Source of the DNA: Deltaproteobacteria bacterium
GTDB lineage: Bacteria; Desulfobacterota_D; UBA1144; Nemesobacterales; CSP1-2
NCBI GenBank assembly: GCA_052390235.1
Contig: JBQTHB010000002.1
Span: 128,001-192,000 of the forward strand
Direction: 5' to 3'
Length of the DNA: 64,000 nt
How positions within the stretch are numbered: position 1 is the first letter of the stretch; each line of letters opens with the position of its first letter. The position numbers and the translations under genes were made by a program. The notes under the pieces are model-generated. The model was not told the DNA's origin. It did no database searches and was given only the letters and a program-made list of their open reading frames with translations. Positions 1 to 12,907 of this stretch are shown in pieces.

Positions 1-273
1 CGCGCTGTTGACCAATATGTCAATCCCGCCAAATCGCTCAGTTGCCGAGTCCACCATCCGCTCGATGTCATCGGAGCGCGCGAGGTCTGCTTTAATTAGC
101 GCCGCCTCCCGTCCCATTGATTTGATTTCATGGATTGCCGAAGCCGCCTCAGCCTCGGATTTATTATAGTGGACGGCGATGTGCGCTCCGCATCGGGCAA
201 GCTCTAGGGCGATGGCTCTTCCGACCCTTTTCGCCCCTCCGGTTACAAGCGCGATTTTGTTGTTTATTTCCAT
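1..273 (-). CDS. SDR family oxidoreductase (pteridine reductase/FolM-like), truncated at window edge
   Basis: Manual translation from ATG 273: MEINNKIALVTGGAKRVGRAIA...IAVHYNKS...GGIDILVNSA; TGxxxRxG Rossmann motif. Confidence 0.85.
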   Translation of the reverse strand, partial: MEINNKIALVTGGAKRVGRAIALELARCGAHIAVHYNKSEAEAASAIHEIKSMGREAALIKADLARSDDIERMVDSATERFGGIDILVNSA

Positions 274-387
274 TGGATTGAATTAATTGGCTGAAACTGC
301 AAATTAACCAGAATCATCGGGAATAAAACCGGAGGAGCGCAGTTGCCATTCTGCGAAAAGTTGTGTCAATCCCTAGTTAGAAAATCA

Positions 388-873
388 TCAATTCAGCGTA
401 AATTTCACTTTGTCTCTCGCCTCTTTGGCAAGCTCGTATTCGGGGTGAATTCTAAGGGCCCTGTCGAATTCCTCCAGCGCCTTTTTTATCATCCCCTTGG
501 CGATATAAATTCTGCCCAGATTGTAGTGGGGAAAATGCCTCGGCTCATAGCGTTTCGAGCGGATAGCGCGCTCCAGCCACACCAAGGCTTCGTCGTGCCT
601 GTCAAGCTCGATGAGATACGCCCCGATGTCGTTGTAGGGATTGCCGAAGTCTGGGTCAACCTCGACTGCTTTTTTGCACTCGTCAATGGCTTCCTGAAGC
701 CTGCCCTGAAAGCTGTAAGTCCACCCTAAGAACGTATGAGCCTCGGCTGTGGGGTGAATCTCGATGGAGCGTTTATACAACTCCACCGCTCGGTCTAAGT
801 CGCCGTTCATCTGATGCTCGTAGGCTTTTTGAAAAAGCTCCATGGCTTGGGATAAATTGTCCTTGCCAGACAT
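388..873 (-). CDS. Tetratricopeptide repeat protein
   Basis: Several TPR-like repeats (AHTFLGWTY, PYNDIGAYL, PHYNLGRIY); SD GGAGGG upstream. Confidence 0.85.
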   Translation of the reverse strand: MSGKDNLSQAMELFQKAYEHQMNGDLDRAVELYKRSIEIHPTAEAHTFLGWTYSFQGRLQEAIDECKKAVEVDPDFGNPYNDIGAYLIELDRHDEALVWLERAIRSKRYEPRHFPHYNLGRIYIAKGMIKKALEEFDRALRIHPEYELAKEARDKVKFTLN

Positions 874-916
874 CTGCCCTCCGATTTCTCAATTCTAGCA
901 CTTGGGGCAATTGGAG

Positions 917-1747
917 TCAAACGCCTGATATAAGAGCCGAGAGGTCAACCTCGCAGTCGGGCTGGGCGTAGGCGACGACCTCTTTTATTGTGGGATTCTC
1001 GCCGCAGAGCGGGCATTGGGGGTCTCGATTAATTTTGACGTTCATGCCGGACATCGTGAGGGAGTTAAACATGAAGAGCCTACCTGCTAGGCTCTGCCCG
1101 ATGCCGAGTATCTCCTTTAGAGCCTCGACAGCCTGCATCGTGCCTATGACCCCCGCCACTGCGCCCAAAATTCCCGCCTCCTGACAGCTTGGAATCATCC
1201 CCGCCGGAGGGATTTCCGGGTATAGACACCTGTAGCAGGGACTCCCCTCGTGGGTCTTAAAAACGGACACCTGCCCCTCAAACTGAAAAATCGCCCCGGA
1301 AATTAGCGTCTTTTTCTCGAAATAGCAGGCGTCATTAAGGAGGTAGCGCGTGGGGAAGTTATCCGTGCCGTCGAGTACGAGGTCGTAGTCTCGAATAATT
1401 TGGCGGATGTTCCCGGTCGTTATCATCTCCTCATAGGTAACGACTCTTACGTCGGGGTTGAGTTTAGCGATTTTCTCCTTAGCCGATAGGGCTTTGGGTC
1501 TGCCTATGTCTTCGGTGAAGTGAATGACCTGCCTCTGTAGGTTTGATAAGTCAACCTGGTCGCAGTCGGCAATTCCGAGCGTGCCTACTCCTGAGGCCGC
1601 AAGATAGAGCGCGATGGGAGAGCCGAGTCCCCCGGCGCCGACGCAAAACACCTTTGCGCCAAGAAGCCTCTCCTGTCCCCGTCCACCTACTTCTGGCAAC
1701 AGGATATTTCTGCTGTAGCGGTATATTTGCTCTTCAGTCAATTCCAC
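917..1747 (-). CDS. moeB: ThiF/MoeB/HesA family E1-like adenylyltransferase (no rhodanese domain)
   Basis: RYSR, GAGGLG, SNLQRQ, DGTDNFPTRY, CYRC and CPLC zinc motifs. Confidence 0.9.
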   Translation of the reverse strand: MELTEEQIYRYSRNILLPEVGGRGQERLLGAKVFCVGAGGLGSPIALYLAASGVGTLGIADCDQVDLSNLQRQVIHFTEDIGRPKALSAKEKIAKLNPDVRVVTYEEMITTGNIRQIIRDYDLVLDGTDNFPTRYLLNDACYFEKKTLISGAIFQFEGQVSVFKTHEGSPCYRCLYPEIPPAGMIPSCQEAGILGAVAGVIGTMQAVEALKEILGIGQSLAGRLFMFNSLTMSGMNVKINRDPQCPLCGENPTIKEVVAYAQPDCEVDLSALISGV

Positions 1748-1769
1748 TTTGCTTCCCCCCTCCGCTTTT

Positions 1770-2180
1770 TCAGTCCGCCACGATTTCCAGCGGCTCTTCC
1801 TCGAAATATCCGCCGAAATCCCTTATTACCCAATTCCGCGCATCGTTGAATCTACCCCTATTAACCGAGATGATAATATACGCCCAATCGGGCCAAGCGC
1901 TGGCCCTGTCGGTCTCAGACGGGCGCGATGGGTGGTCTGGGTGAGAGTGATATATGCCGATAATCTCCTCGCCCCTCGCCCTCGCGAAGTCATCGGCTTC
2001 TTTGAACGAGAGCGGGTCTAATTCATATCTGTCATGCGCCCGCTCTGTATTGAGGTTTCGACACTCGCGAAACGCTTTTATCAATCCGCCTACGCCTACG
2101 AGCGCGCCGCATATTTCGTGGGGATAACCCGACTGCGCGTGCTGTATCATCCCCTCGTAAGCCGATTTAACTATATTCAC
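1770..2180 (-). CDS. JAB/Mov34/MPN metallopeptidase (Mec-like CysO-cysteine peptidase)
   Basis: YPHEICG and YHSHPDHPSRPSETD JAMM motif; GTG start overlaps the upstream TGA (GTGA). Confidence 0.9.
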   Translation of the reverse strand: MNIVKSAYEGMIQHAQSGYPHEICGALVGVGGLIKAFRECRNLNTERAHDRYELDPLSFKEADDFARARGEEIIGIYHSHPDHPSRPSETDRASAWPDWAYIIISVNRGRFNDARNWVIRDFGGYFEEEPLEIVAD

Positions 2181-3124
2181 CACCAGAGCCCTCCGCTTAA
2201 ATATCTGTATCCGCCGTCGGGGAGAATAGCTACGATGACCCCTTCTGTGAGGGTGCGGGCGACCCTAAGAGCCGCCCAAACCGCCGCTCCGCCCGAATGC
2301 CCGACGAAAATTCCCTCTTTGTTCACCAGTTGCTTCATGATTTCATAGGATTCGTCCGTTGGGGCGTGAATGGTCTCATCCGGGAAGCGCGCGTCGTAGA
2401 TTCCGGGGACGATGGAACTTGCCATGTGCTTTAACCCCTCTAGCCCGTGAAGAGCCTCTTCGGGCTGAATCGAGATGACCCTTACCGACTGGTTGAAGTG
2501 TTTAAGCCCCCTGCCTGCTCCCATGAGAGTTCCGCTCGTCCCTATGCCGGCTATCAAGTGAGATACTCGCCCGCCGGTCTGCTCCCAGATTTCGGGCGCG
2601 GTGCTTTCAATATGGGCTTGGACGTTGGCCGGATTATTATACTGGTCTGGCATGAAGTACTTCTCGAGATTTTCGGCGTAGAGCTTTCTGGCAAATCTTA
2701 TTGCTCCATCCGAGCCTTCTAGGGCGTCCGAATATATTATATTTGCCCCGAAAGCCTCAAGCGTCCTCTTGCGCTCGATGTTCATATTCGCCGGCGTAAC
2801 CAATTCCACCCTATAGCCCAAAGCCGCCCCTATCATGGCGTAAGCAATGGCGGTGTTGCCCGAAGAGGAGTCCATAATGATTTTATCCTCGGTGAGCTTG
2901 CCCCTTCGGATGCCGTCTCGAATCATCCAGAGCGCGGGCCTGTCCTTAACCGAGCCGCCGGGGTTAAACCACTCGGCTTTGGCGTAGATTTCAACATCGG
3001 GGCTGATGCCCTCGGCAATTCTCTCCAGCCTGATAAGGGGGGTATTGCCTATCAAATCCACAACGGACTCGACTCTTGGCTTATTGATTGCTGCGGCGCG
3101 TTTTCTGTTTAGGAGCGGTTGCAT
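2177..3124 (-). CDS. cysM: PLP-dependent cysteine synthase (CysM-like)
   Basis: IGNTPL, NPGGSVKDR (PLP lysine), SSGNT, GIGTSGT motifs. Confidence 0.88.
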   Translation of the reverse strand: MQPLLNRKRAAAINKPRVESVVDLIGNTPLIRLERIAEGISPDVEIYAKAEWFNPGGSVKDRPALWMIRDGIRRGKLTEDKIIMDSSSGNTAIAYAMIGAALGYRVELVTPANMNIERKRTLEAFGANIIYSDALEGSDGAIRFARKLYAENLEKYFMPDQYNNPANVQAHIESTAPEIWEQTGGRVSHLIAGIGTSGTLMGAGRGLKHFNQSVRVISIQPEEALHGLEGLKHMASSIVPGIYDARFPDETIHAPTDESYEIMKQLVNKEGIFVGHSGGAAVWAALRVARTLTEGVIVAILPDGGYRYLSGGLWW

Positions 3125-3396
3125 TAACGGCGCTCGATGAGGAGTTTATAGACTGAGCCGTCTTTATGGACGTCTAGGATTTTATGTCCTTCTTCTTTAA
3201 TGCTTTTGGGGACGTTCCGAATGGGCTCTCCGTCCTTTAGAGTAACTTCGAGAGTCTGCCCGGAGCGCATGGATTCGAGCTTGAGCTTGGTTTTTACAAA
3301 GGTCATCGGGCAGAATTCCTTTGTTATATCAATTCTCTCGTCAATTTTTTTCTCTTCGCTCTCGGTCATCTCTCTGGCTCGCTCGGATGGTCTCAC
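3124..3396 (-). CDS. TusA/SirA family sulfurtransferase (alternative start ATG 3369)
   Basis: IDITKEFCPMTFVKTKL...LEV...NVPKS...EGH, typical TusA fold with CPxT variant of CPxP. Confidence 0.85.
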   Translation of the reverse strand: MRPSERAREMTESEEKKIDERIDITKEFCPMTFVKTKLKLESMRSGQTLEVTLKDGEPIRNVPKSIKEEGHKILDVHKDGSVYKLLIERR

Positions 3397-3448
3397 TTAA
3401 GAGAAAAAATACCACAAAAAATCGAAGCGGACAAACGGGTCAGGGCGG

Positions 3449-3616
3449 CTATCTCTTCTCCGAGGGTTTTTCGCGCATCTGTTCCCGAATGATTTCTGCC
3501 TCTATCGGAGGAAGCTCGTCGGGCTTGGTCTTAACGCCGATATTGTGCTTTCTAAAATACCTCCCCGCGTAGAATGAAGCTAATGCTATGATGGTTGCGA
3601 CGATTAACATTCTCAT
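3449..3616 (-). CDS. Small hypothetical membrane-anchored protein (55 aa)
   Basis: ATG 3616 with GGAGG/GAGG SD; N-terminal hydrophobic helix followed by a charged tail. Confidence 0.5.
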   Translation of the reverse strand: MRMLIVATIIALASFYAGRYFRKHNIGVKTKPDELPPIEAEIIREQMREKPSEKR

Positions 3617-3636
3617 TGCCTCTCTTGCCCCTCCCA

Positions 3637-4380
3637 CTAGTAATTTATCTCGGCTGCCGAGCCTTCTCTCCTCGGCGCAGCCGGAAATTTCCGAAGCCAC
3701 GATATTGCCGATTCAAAAACCGCTCTGCCCCCCGCCCCTCCGAGCGCTTCCTCGGCGCACCGCTCCGGGTGCGGCATCATCCCAAGCACGTTGCCCCTAG
3801 GGTTGCAGACCCCCGCGATATTCGCCAAAGAGCCGTTCGGATTAGACTGTGCTGTAGCCGAACCGCCCTCGTCGCAGTATCGAAATACGACCTGCCCGCC
3901 TCGCCCAAGAGCCTCGATTTCCTCCTGCGGGGCGAAGTAATTCCCCTCGCCGTGGGCAACTGGAATTCTGATGATGTCTCCTTTTTTGAGCGAATGCGTA
4001 AACGGGGTGTCCGCGTTCTCGACGGCTATATTTACCCATTTGCAGACGAATTTGAGCGAGGCGTTTTTTATCAGCGCCCCCGGCAGAAGCCCCGCCTCGA
4101 CCAATATCTGAAACCCGTTGCAGATTCCGATGACCAATCCCCCCGCCTCGGCGTATCTCTGTACGGCTTTCATAACCGGCGAGAGTCTGGCTATAGCCCC
4201 GGTTCTGAGATAATCCCCGTAGGAAAACCCTCCAGGTATGACGACGCAGTCAACCCCGGCGAGGTTTGAGTCCTCGTGCCAGATGAATTCGCAATCCTGA
4301 CCGAATACGTGCTTAACTGCGTGATAGCAGTCGTGGTCGCAGTTTGAGCCGGGAAAAACAAGCACTCCGAAATTTGCCAT
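3637..4380 (-). CDS. purQ: Phosphoribosylformylglycinamidine synthase glutaminase subunit
   Basis: [36 protein letters not shown]; start set to ATG 4380 (GAGGTG SD). Confidence 0.97.
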   Translation of the reverse strand: MANFGVLVFPGSNCDHDCYHAVKHVFGQDCEFIWHEDSNLAGVDCVVIPGGFSYGDYLRTGAIARLSPVMKAVQRYAEAGGLVIGICNGFQILVEAGLLPGALIKNASLKFVCKWVNIAVENADTPFTHSLKKGDIIRIPVAHGEGNYFAPQEEIEALGRGGQVVFRYCDEGGSATAQSNPNGSLANIAGVCNPRGNVLGMMPHPERCAEEALGGAGGRAVFESAISWLRKFPAAPRREGSAAEINY

Positions 4381-4412
4381 TTTCACCTCGTCGTAATAAT
4401 CCAATCAGCCGC

Positions 4413-4667
4413 CTAATTCTCGATAATCTCCACGGCGAAATCCTCGATAATCGGATTTGCGAGTATCCTCCTGCACATCTCCCCTGCCCGCTCCCTCGCC
4501 TCGTCTCTGCTCTCTGCCGCCAGCTTAATCTCGATGAGCTTGCCGATACGCGCATCCTCGACTTCCTCGAATCCAATGCTCCTAAGAGCCGACAGCGCCG
4601 CCTTGCCCTGCGGGTCGAGGACGACGGATTTTAATCTTATCTCTACTTTAACTTTGAACTCTCGCAT
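4413..4667 (-). CDS. purS: Phosphoribosylformylglycinamidine synthase subunit PurS
   Basis: LDPQG, RIGK, LANPIIE motifs; adjacent to purQ. Confidence 0.95.
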   Translation of the reverse strand: MREFKVKVEIRLKSVVLDPQGKAALSALRSIGFEEVEDARIGKLIEIKLAAESRDEARERAGEMCRRILANPIIEDFAVEIIEN

Positions 4668-4738
4668 CTTCGGATTTAACCCTCTCATCCTAAAAAAATA
4701 ATAAATCCTACGCTCTCTCAGCCTGCCCGTCCTATTGT

Positions 4739-5590
4739 TTATTTGCTCCCCTTCGAGAGCATCTCTAGTAGTCTCTCTAATTCGGCTTTGGAGTAGTACT
4801 CGATTTCGATTTTCCCTCTGCCGGCCCTGTCAATGATTTTGACCTTTGTGCCGAGGGTTTTTTTGAGGCTCTCGGCGAAGTGGTCTAAGTAAAAATTCTC
4901 GCCCCCCGCTTTAGCCGATTTCCCCTTGTTCCGCGCCGAGACCTTGCCCTGAATGAGTTGCTCGGTTTTTCTCACCGAGAGCCTGCCCGCTACTATGTCC
5001 GAAAGCGCTTCTGTGGCGGCGGCGGCGGAATGAAGGCTCAGTATCGCCCTCGCGTGTCCGGCGGTGATTTGCCCGGATAGGAGGGATTTTTTCACCTCGT
5101 CGGGGAGCTTGAGTAGCCTCAGCTGATTTGTGATGGTTGAGCGGTCTTTCCCGATGCGCTTTGAGATTTCATCGTGCGTAAGCCCGAAGTCTTGAATGAG
5201 CTGTTCATAAGCGACGGCCTCTTCTATGGGGTTTAAGTCCTCCCGCTGGAGATTTTCCACGAGGGCTAGTTCGAGGGCTTCCCGGTCGGATACATCTTTA
5301 ATTATCACTGGAATTTGTTTGAGGCGCGCTAGTTGCGCCGCTCTCCAGCGCCGCTCTCCAGCAATGATTTCATATCCGTTTTTAGATTTACGCACCACGA
5401 GGGGCTGAAGAATGCCATTCTCTTTAATTGAGGCGGCGAGATTTTCAATTGCGCTTTCGTCAAACTCCTTCCGAGGCTGAAACGAATTGGGTTTTACCTC
5501 TTCGATGTTTGCGAGCAGGTATCCGAAATCCTCTTTTTCAGCTGTAGGGATGAGGGCGTTGAGTCCTTTGCCGAGAGTTACTTTTTTCAG
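4739..5590 (-). CDS. parB: ParB/Spo0J partition protein (probable CTG start at 5590)
   Basis: IAGERRWRA, ENLQREDLNPIEEA, HTH; frame stays open upstream of the track start through KKVTLGKGLNALI...QPRKEF...NGILQP. Confidence 0.95.
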   Translation of the reverse strand: MKKVTLGKGLNALIPTAEKEDFGYLLANIEEVKPNSFQPRKEFDESAIENLAASIKENGILQPLVVRKSKNGYEIIAGERRWRAAQLARLKQIPVIIKDVSDREALELALVENLQREDLNPIEEAVAYEQLIQDFGLTHDEISKRIGKDRSTITNQLRLLKLPDEVKKSLLSGQITAGHARAILSLHSAAAATEALSDIVAGRLSVRKTEQLIQGKVSARNKGKSAKAGGENFYLDHFAESLKKTLGTKVKIIDRAGRGKIEIEYYSKAELERLLEMLSKGSK

Positions 5591-6375
5591 TCTCCAGCCC
5601 CTCCGTTTTTCGATATTATCTCGCGCGCAAGCGAGATGTAGTTCCTAGCCCCGATGGACTTTGCGTCGTATATGAGAACAGGCTTACCGTGGCTCGGAGA
5701 CTCGGCAAGTCTCACATTCCTCGAGATGATGGTATCAAACACCTCGTCTCCAAAATACCCCTTCACCTCTTCAGCCACGATGTGCGAGAGTTTATTCCGC
5801 GGGTCGAATATCGTGAGCAGATACCCCTCGATTTCCAAATCGGGATTCAGTCTCTGCTTTATGAGCGACACGGTTCTCTTGAGCTGTCCGAGTCCTTCCA
5901 TGGCGTAGTATTCGCATTGAACCGGTATCAGGACGGAGTGCGCCGCAGTGAGGGCATTTACCGTTAAGAGGCTAAGAGAGGGCGGGCAGTCAATCAATAT
6001 AAAGTCATAGTCGTTTAATAGAACCTCAATTGCCTCTTTGAGCCTCCATTCCCTTCTCTCAAAATAAATAAGCTCGATTTCTGCTCCCGTGAGGTTAGGG
6101 TTGGATGGCGCTATCGAAAGGCGTCCTTTGAGGATGCCTGGTTCTATGTCGATGAGGATTTCTTCGAGAGTGGACTGCCCGATAACGGCATGATAGATGC
6201 TTTTGCCGATTTTTTCCTTGTCCACCCCAACGCCGCTGGTAGCGTTGCCCTGAGGGTCGAAATCAATAATCATGGTTCGTTTCTCAGCGGCGGCAAGGCA
6301 GGTGGAGAGGTTAACGACGGTTGTTGTTTTTCCTACCCCTCCTTTTTGGTTGGCGACGCATATAATTTTGCCCAT
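5587..6375 (-). CDS. parA: ParA/Soj ATPase
   Basis: NQKGGVGKTT deviant Walker A, DPQGNAT, DCPPSL, QCEYYAMEG, RNVRLAESPS; start ATG 6375. Confidence 0.97.
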   Translation of the reverse strand: MGKIICVANQKGGVGKTTTVVNLSTCLAAAEKRTMIIDFDPQGNATSGVGVDKEKIGKSIYHAVIGQSTLEEILIDIEPGILKGRLSIAPSNPNLTGAEIELIYFERREWRLKEAIEVLLNDYDFILIDCPPSLSLLTVNALTAAHSVLIPVQCEYYAMEGLGQLKRTVSLIKQRLNPDLEIEGYLLTIFDPRNKLSHIVAEEVKGYFGDEVFDTIISRNVRLAESPSHGKPVLIYDAKSIGARNYISLAREIISKNGGAGD

Positions 6376-6504
6376 AATTTGTTGTTGATGATATACTCTT
6401 AAGCGATTTGAGTCAACACACGCCGATTCGCGGCTTAATAAATTCAATGAGTGTAGAGTGTTACGGCAATTTCGATAGAATGCTCAGATATTTTAAATTC
6501 TCTA

Positions 6505-6532
6505 TTGACACGACTTTAATAATCCGTAGAAT
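6505..6532 (+). promoter_or_regulatory. rrn promoter P1
   Basis: TTGACA-16 nt-TAGAAT upstream of 16S. Confidence 0.75.
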
Positions 6533-6583
6533 TAACATCCACTTAGGTATGACTGACTCAAACGTTTCGTATATACCTTCTGA

Positions 6584-6644
6584 TTTTTCAAATTAAAAAT
6601 AGTTTAAAAAAAGAGCTTGACAGGCTCTCATAAATTTGGATACT
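6584..6644 (+). promoter_or_regulatory. rrn promoter P2 with A/T-rich UP element
   Basis: A/T tracts, then TTGACA (6617)-16 nt-GATACT. Confidence 0.6.
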
Positions 6645-6686
6645 TAATACTCCCTCCCGCCGAGAGGCCGGAGTGGAAAGCGTAAA

Positions 6687-6698
6687 GTTCTTTGAAAA
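6687..6698 (+). promoter_or_regulatory. boxA antitermination element (rrn leader)
   Basis: GTTCTTTGAAAA. Confidence 0.75.
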
Positions 6699-6761
6699 TT
6701 AAATAGCAGGCGCAAGCGGGTTAAGAAATACCAGAGATTTCTTATGAGTTTTAATTAAATT

Positions 6762-8312
<1,551 letters not shown>

Positions 8313-8385
8313 TACGGAGAAATTCTGGATATTTCAGCCTCTGCGCCTGCCATTCAATTTTGGTGCTCTCTTGAGTAAAAGTTAC

Positions 8386-8462
8386 GGGCCTATAGCTCAG
8401 TAGGCTAGAGCGCACCCCTGATAAGGGTGAGGTCGGTGGTTCGAATCCACCTAGGCCCACCA
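8386..8462 (+). tRNA. tRNA-Ile(GAT)
   Basis: Cloverleaf GGGCCTA...TAGGCCC-A-CCA, anticodon loop CTGATAA. Confidence 0.98.
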
Positions 8463-8493
8463 TAGCTCGTTCTAATTTTTTTTAAAGTTATTC

Positions 8494-8566
8494 GGGGGTG
8501 TAGCTCAGTTGGGAGAGCGCCTGCTTTGCAAGCAGGAGGTCGGCAGTTCGAGCCTGCTCACCTCCA
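8494..8566 (+). tRNA. tRNA-Ala(TGC), CCA not encoded
   Basis: GGGGGTG...CACCTCC-A with G3:U70; anticodon loop TTTGCAA. Confidence 0.97.
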
Positions 8567-8591
8567 TGAGTTTGCGTGAACTACGCAATAT

Positions 8592-8603
8592 GATCTTTGA
8601 CAA
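8592..8603 (+). promoter_or_regulatory. boxA element (16S-23S spacer)
   Basis: GATCTTTGACAA. Confidence 0.7.
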
Positions 8604-8678
8604 TTGTATATCGTGCTGATTAATTAATCGAATCGTGCCTTAAGTATTTTTTTGTTAATGAGGGTTTTTATACCTCGC

Positions 8679-11644
<2,966 letters not shown>

Positions 11645-11717
11645 GCGAGGTATTGAACCTCTCATTAATTGAGGCTAATAATTAACTCAGCACGATATAC
11701 GATTATCAAAGATTTAT

Positions 11718-11781
11718 CCCTCCCCCCAATTTTCTCAGAATAATTAGAGTCCAAAGAAAATTTGTGGGGAGGGTGTATTTT
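11718..11781 (+). terminator. Probable rrn terminator hairpin
   Basis: CCCTCCCC..AATTTTCT pairs with AGAAAATT...GGGGAGGG, followed by TGTATTTT. Confidence 0.55.
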
Positions 11782-11820
11782 AAGCTGATGAGTCCATTTA
11801 TAAGGAGCGTAGAGAGTTAT

Positions 11821-12060
11821 ATGTTGAAACGTTTCGCAAAACCCACTGAAACCCGCGAATACAATTTCGTTATCACTCGCAGCGGATATGACCTATCTGG
11901 GTTGGGAGTAACCGACAGGAAGGCCATTAACGCCTATGTTGATACCCTAAAGCACGACATCGAGCTTATTCCGGTAGGCGCGGACAGAGTCATAGTCAAC
12001 CTGAGGGAAACCGAGGACTCGATGCACTGCGAGGTTCTTCCCGTATTCTCAAAAAACTAA
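11821..12060 (+). CDS. Hypothetical protein (79 aa)
   Basis: Open frame with AAGGAG/GAGAG upstream of ATG 11821; no family recognised. Confidence 0.55.
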   Translation: MLKRFAKPTETREYNFVITRSGYDLSGLGVTDRKAINAYVDTLKHDIELIPVGADRVIVNLRETEDSMHCEVLPVFSKN

Positions 12061-12214
12061 TCATAGAACCGAGATACAGAACACCGTTTTAGAATCTCTG
12101 CTCGTGCTATATTGCAGCGGCGTGCTTTCATATGCCCAATTCCCACCCCACTGATAGGAAAGTGGATACCTATATTATTCCCGCCCCGCAATCACGGATG
12201 GTTTGCGCCCGATG

Positions 12215-12904
12215 TCAGCTTTTGCGGTTCTCCTCTTTGATTATTGTGCCGTCGCGGAACACTACTGCCCGTTCAGCATAGGCGGCGATGTCGCTTTCGT
12301 GAGTTATCATGATGATAGTTTTGCCTTCGCTTCGCAGGCGAAGGAATATTTCCATGATTTCGATGCTCGTCTTCGTGTCTAGGTTTCCCGTAGGCTCGTC
12401 GGCTAGGATAACGCTTGGCTGATTTACTATCGCCCTTGCAATGGCCACGCGCTGCTGCTGCCCGCCTGAAAGCTGAGAGGGAAAGTGCCTCTCCCGCCCT
12501 TCGAGTCCGAGGAGTTTCAATGCGTCCCCGGCGAGCTTAGATCTATTGGCTGAGCTATCGCCGTTATAAATTAGTGGCAGCTCCACGTTTTCAAGGGCGG
12601 TTACGCGGGCGAGGAGATTGAAATTCTGAAACACGAATCCGAGCTTTTTATTGCGTATCTCGGCGAGTTGCTCTCTTGTGAGTGATGAAATATCGTTCCC
12701 GTCAAGCGCGTATCTACCGGATGTCGGTTTGTCGAGGCATCCGAGTATATTCATAAATGTGCTTTTTCCCGAACCCGAAGCCCCCATTATCGCCACGAAT
12801 TCCCCTTCTCGTACGTTGAGCGATACCCCTCTTAGGGCGTGAACATCTACGTCGCCCATTCGGTAGATTTTGTGTACGTTCTCTATAGCGATGATATTTT
12901 TCAG
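12215..12904 (-). CDS. ABC transporter ATP-binding protein, MacB/LolD-like (probable CTG start at 12904)
   Basis: GASGSGKS Walker A, LSGGQQQRV signature, ADEPTGNLD; typical N-terminus KNIIAIENVHKIYRMG upstream of the track start. Confidence 0.93.
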   Translation of the reverse strand: MKNIIAIENVHKIYRMGDVDVHALRGVSLNVREGEFVAIMGASGSGKSTFMNILGCLDKPTSGRYALDGNDISSLTREQLAEIRNKKLGFVFQNFNLLARVTALENVELPLIYNGDSSANRSKLAGDALKLLGLEGRERHFPSQLSGGQQQRVAIARAIVNQPSVILADEPTGNLDTKTSIEIMEIFLRLRSEGKTIIMITHESDIAAYAERAVVFRDGTIIKEENRKS

Positions 12905-12907
12905 GGG

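Noticed and set aside
3595..4269. 224-aa plus-strand ORF, and similar long antisense ORFs at 20987-21817, 27656-28306 and 31371-32054
   Set aside because: They lie opposite well-supported conserved genes and show no recognisable motifs
6376..6760. AT-rich region next to parA as a possible oriC or parS site
   Set aside because: No consensus DnaA-box cluster or parS palindrome seen; explained by parA and rrn promoters
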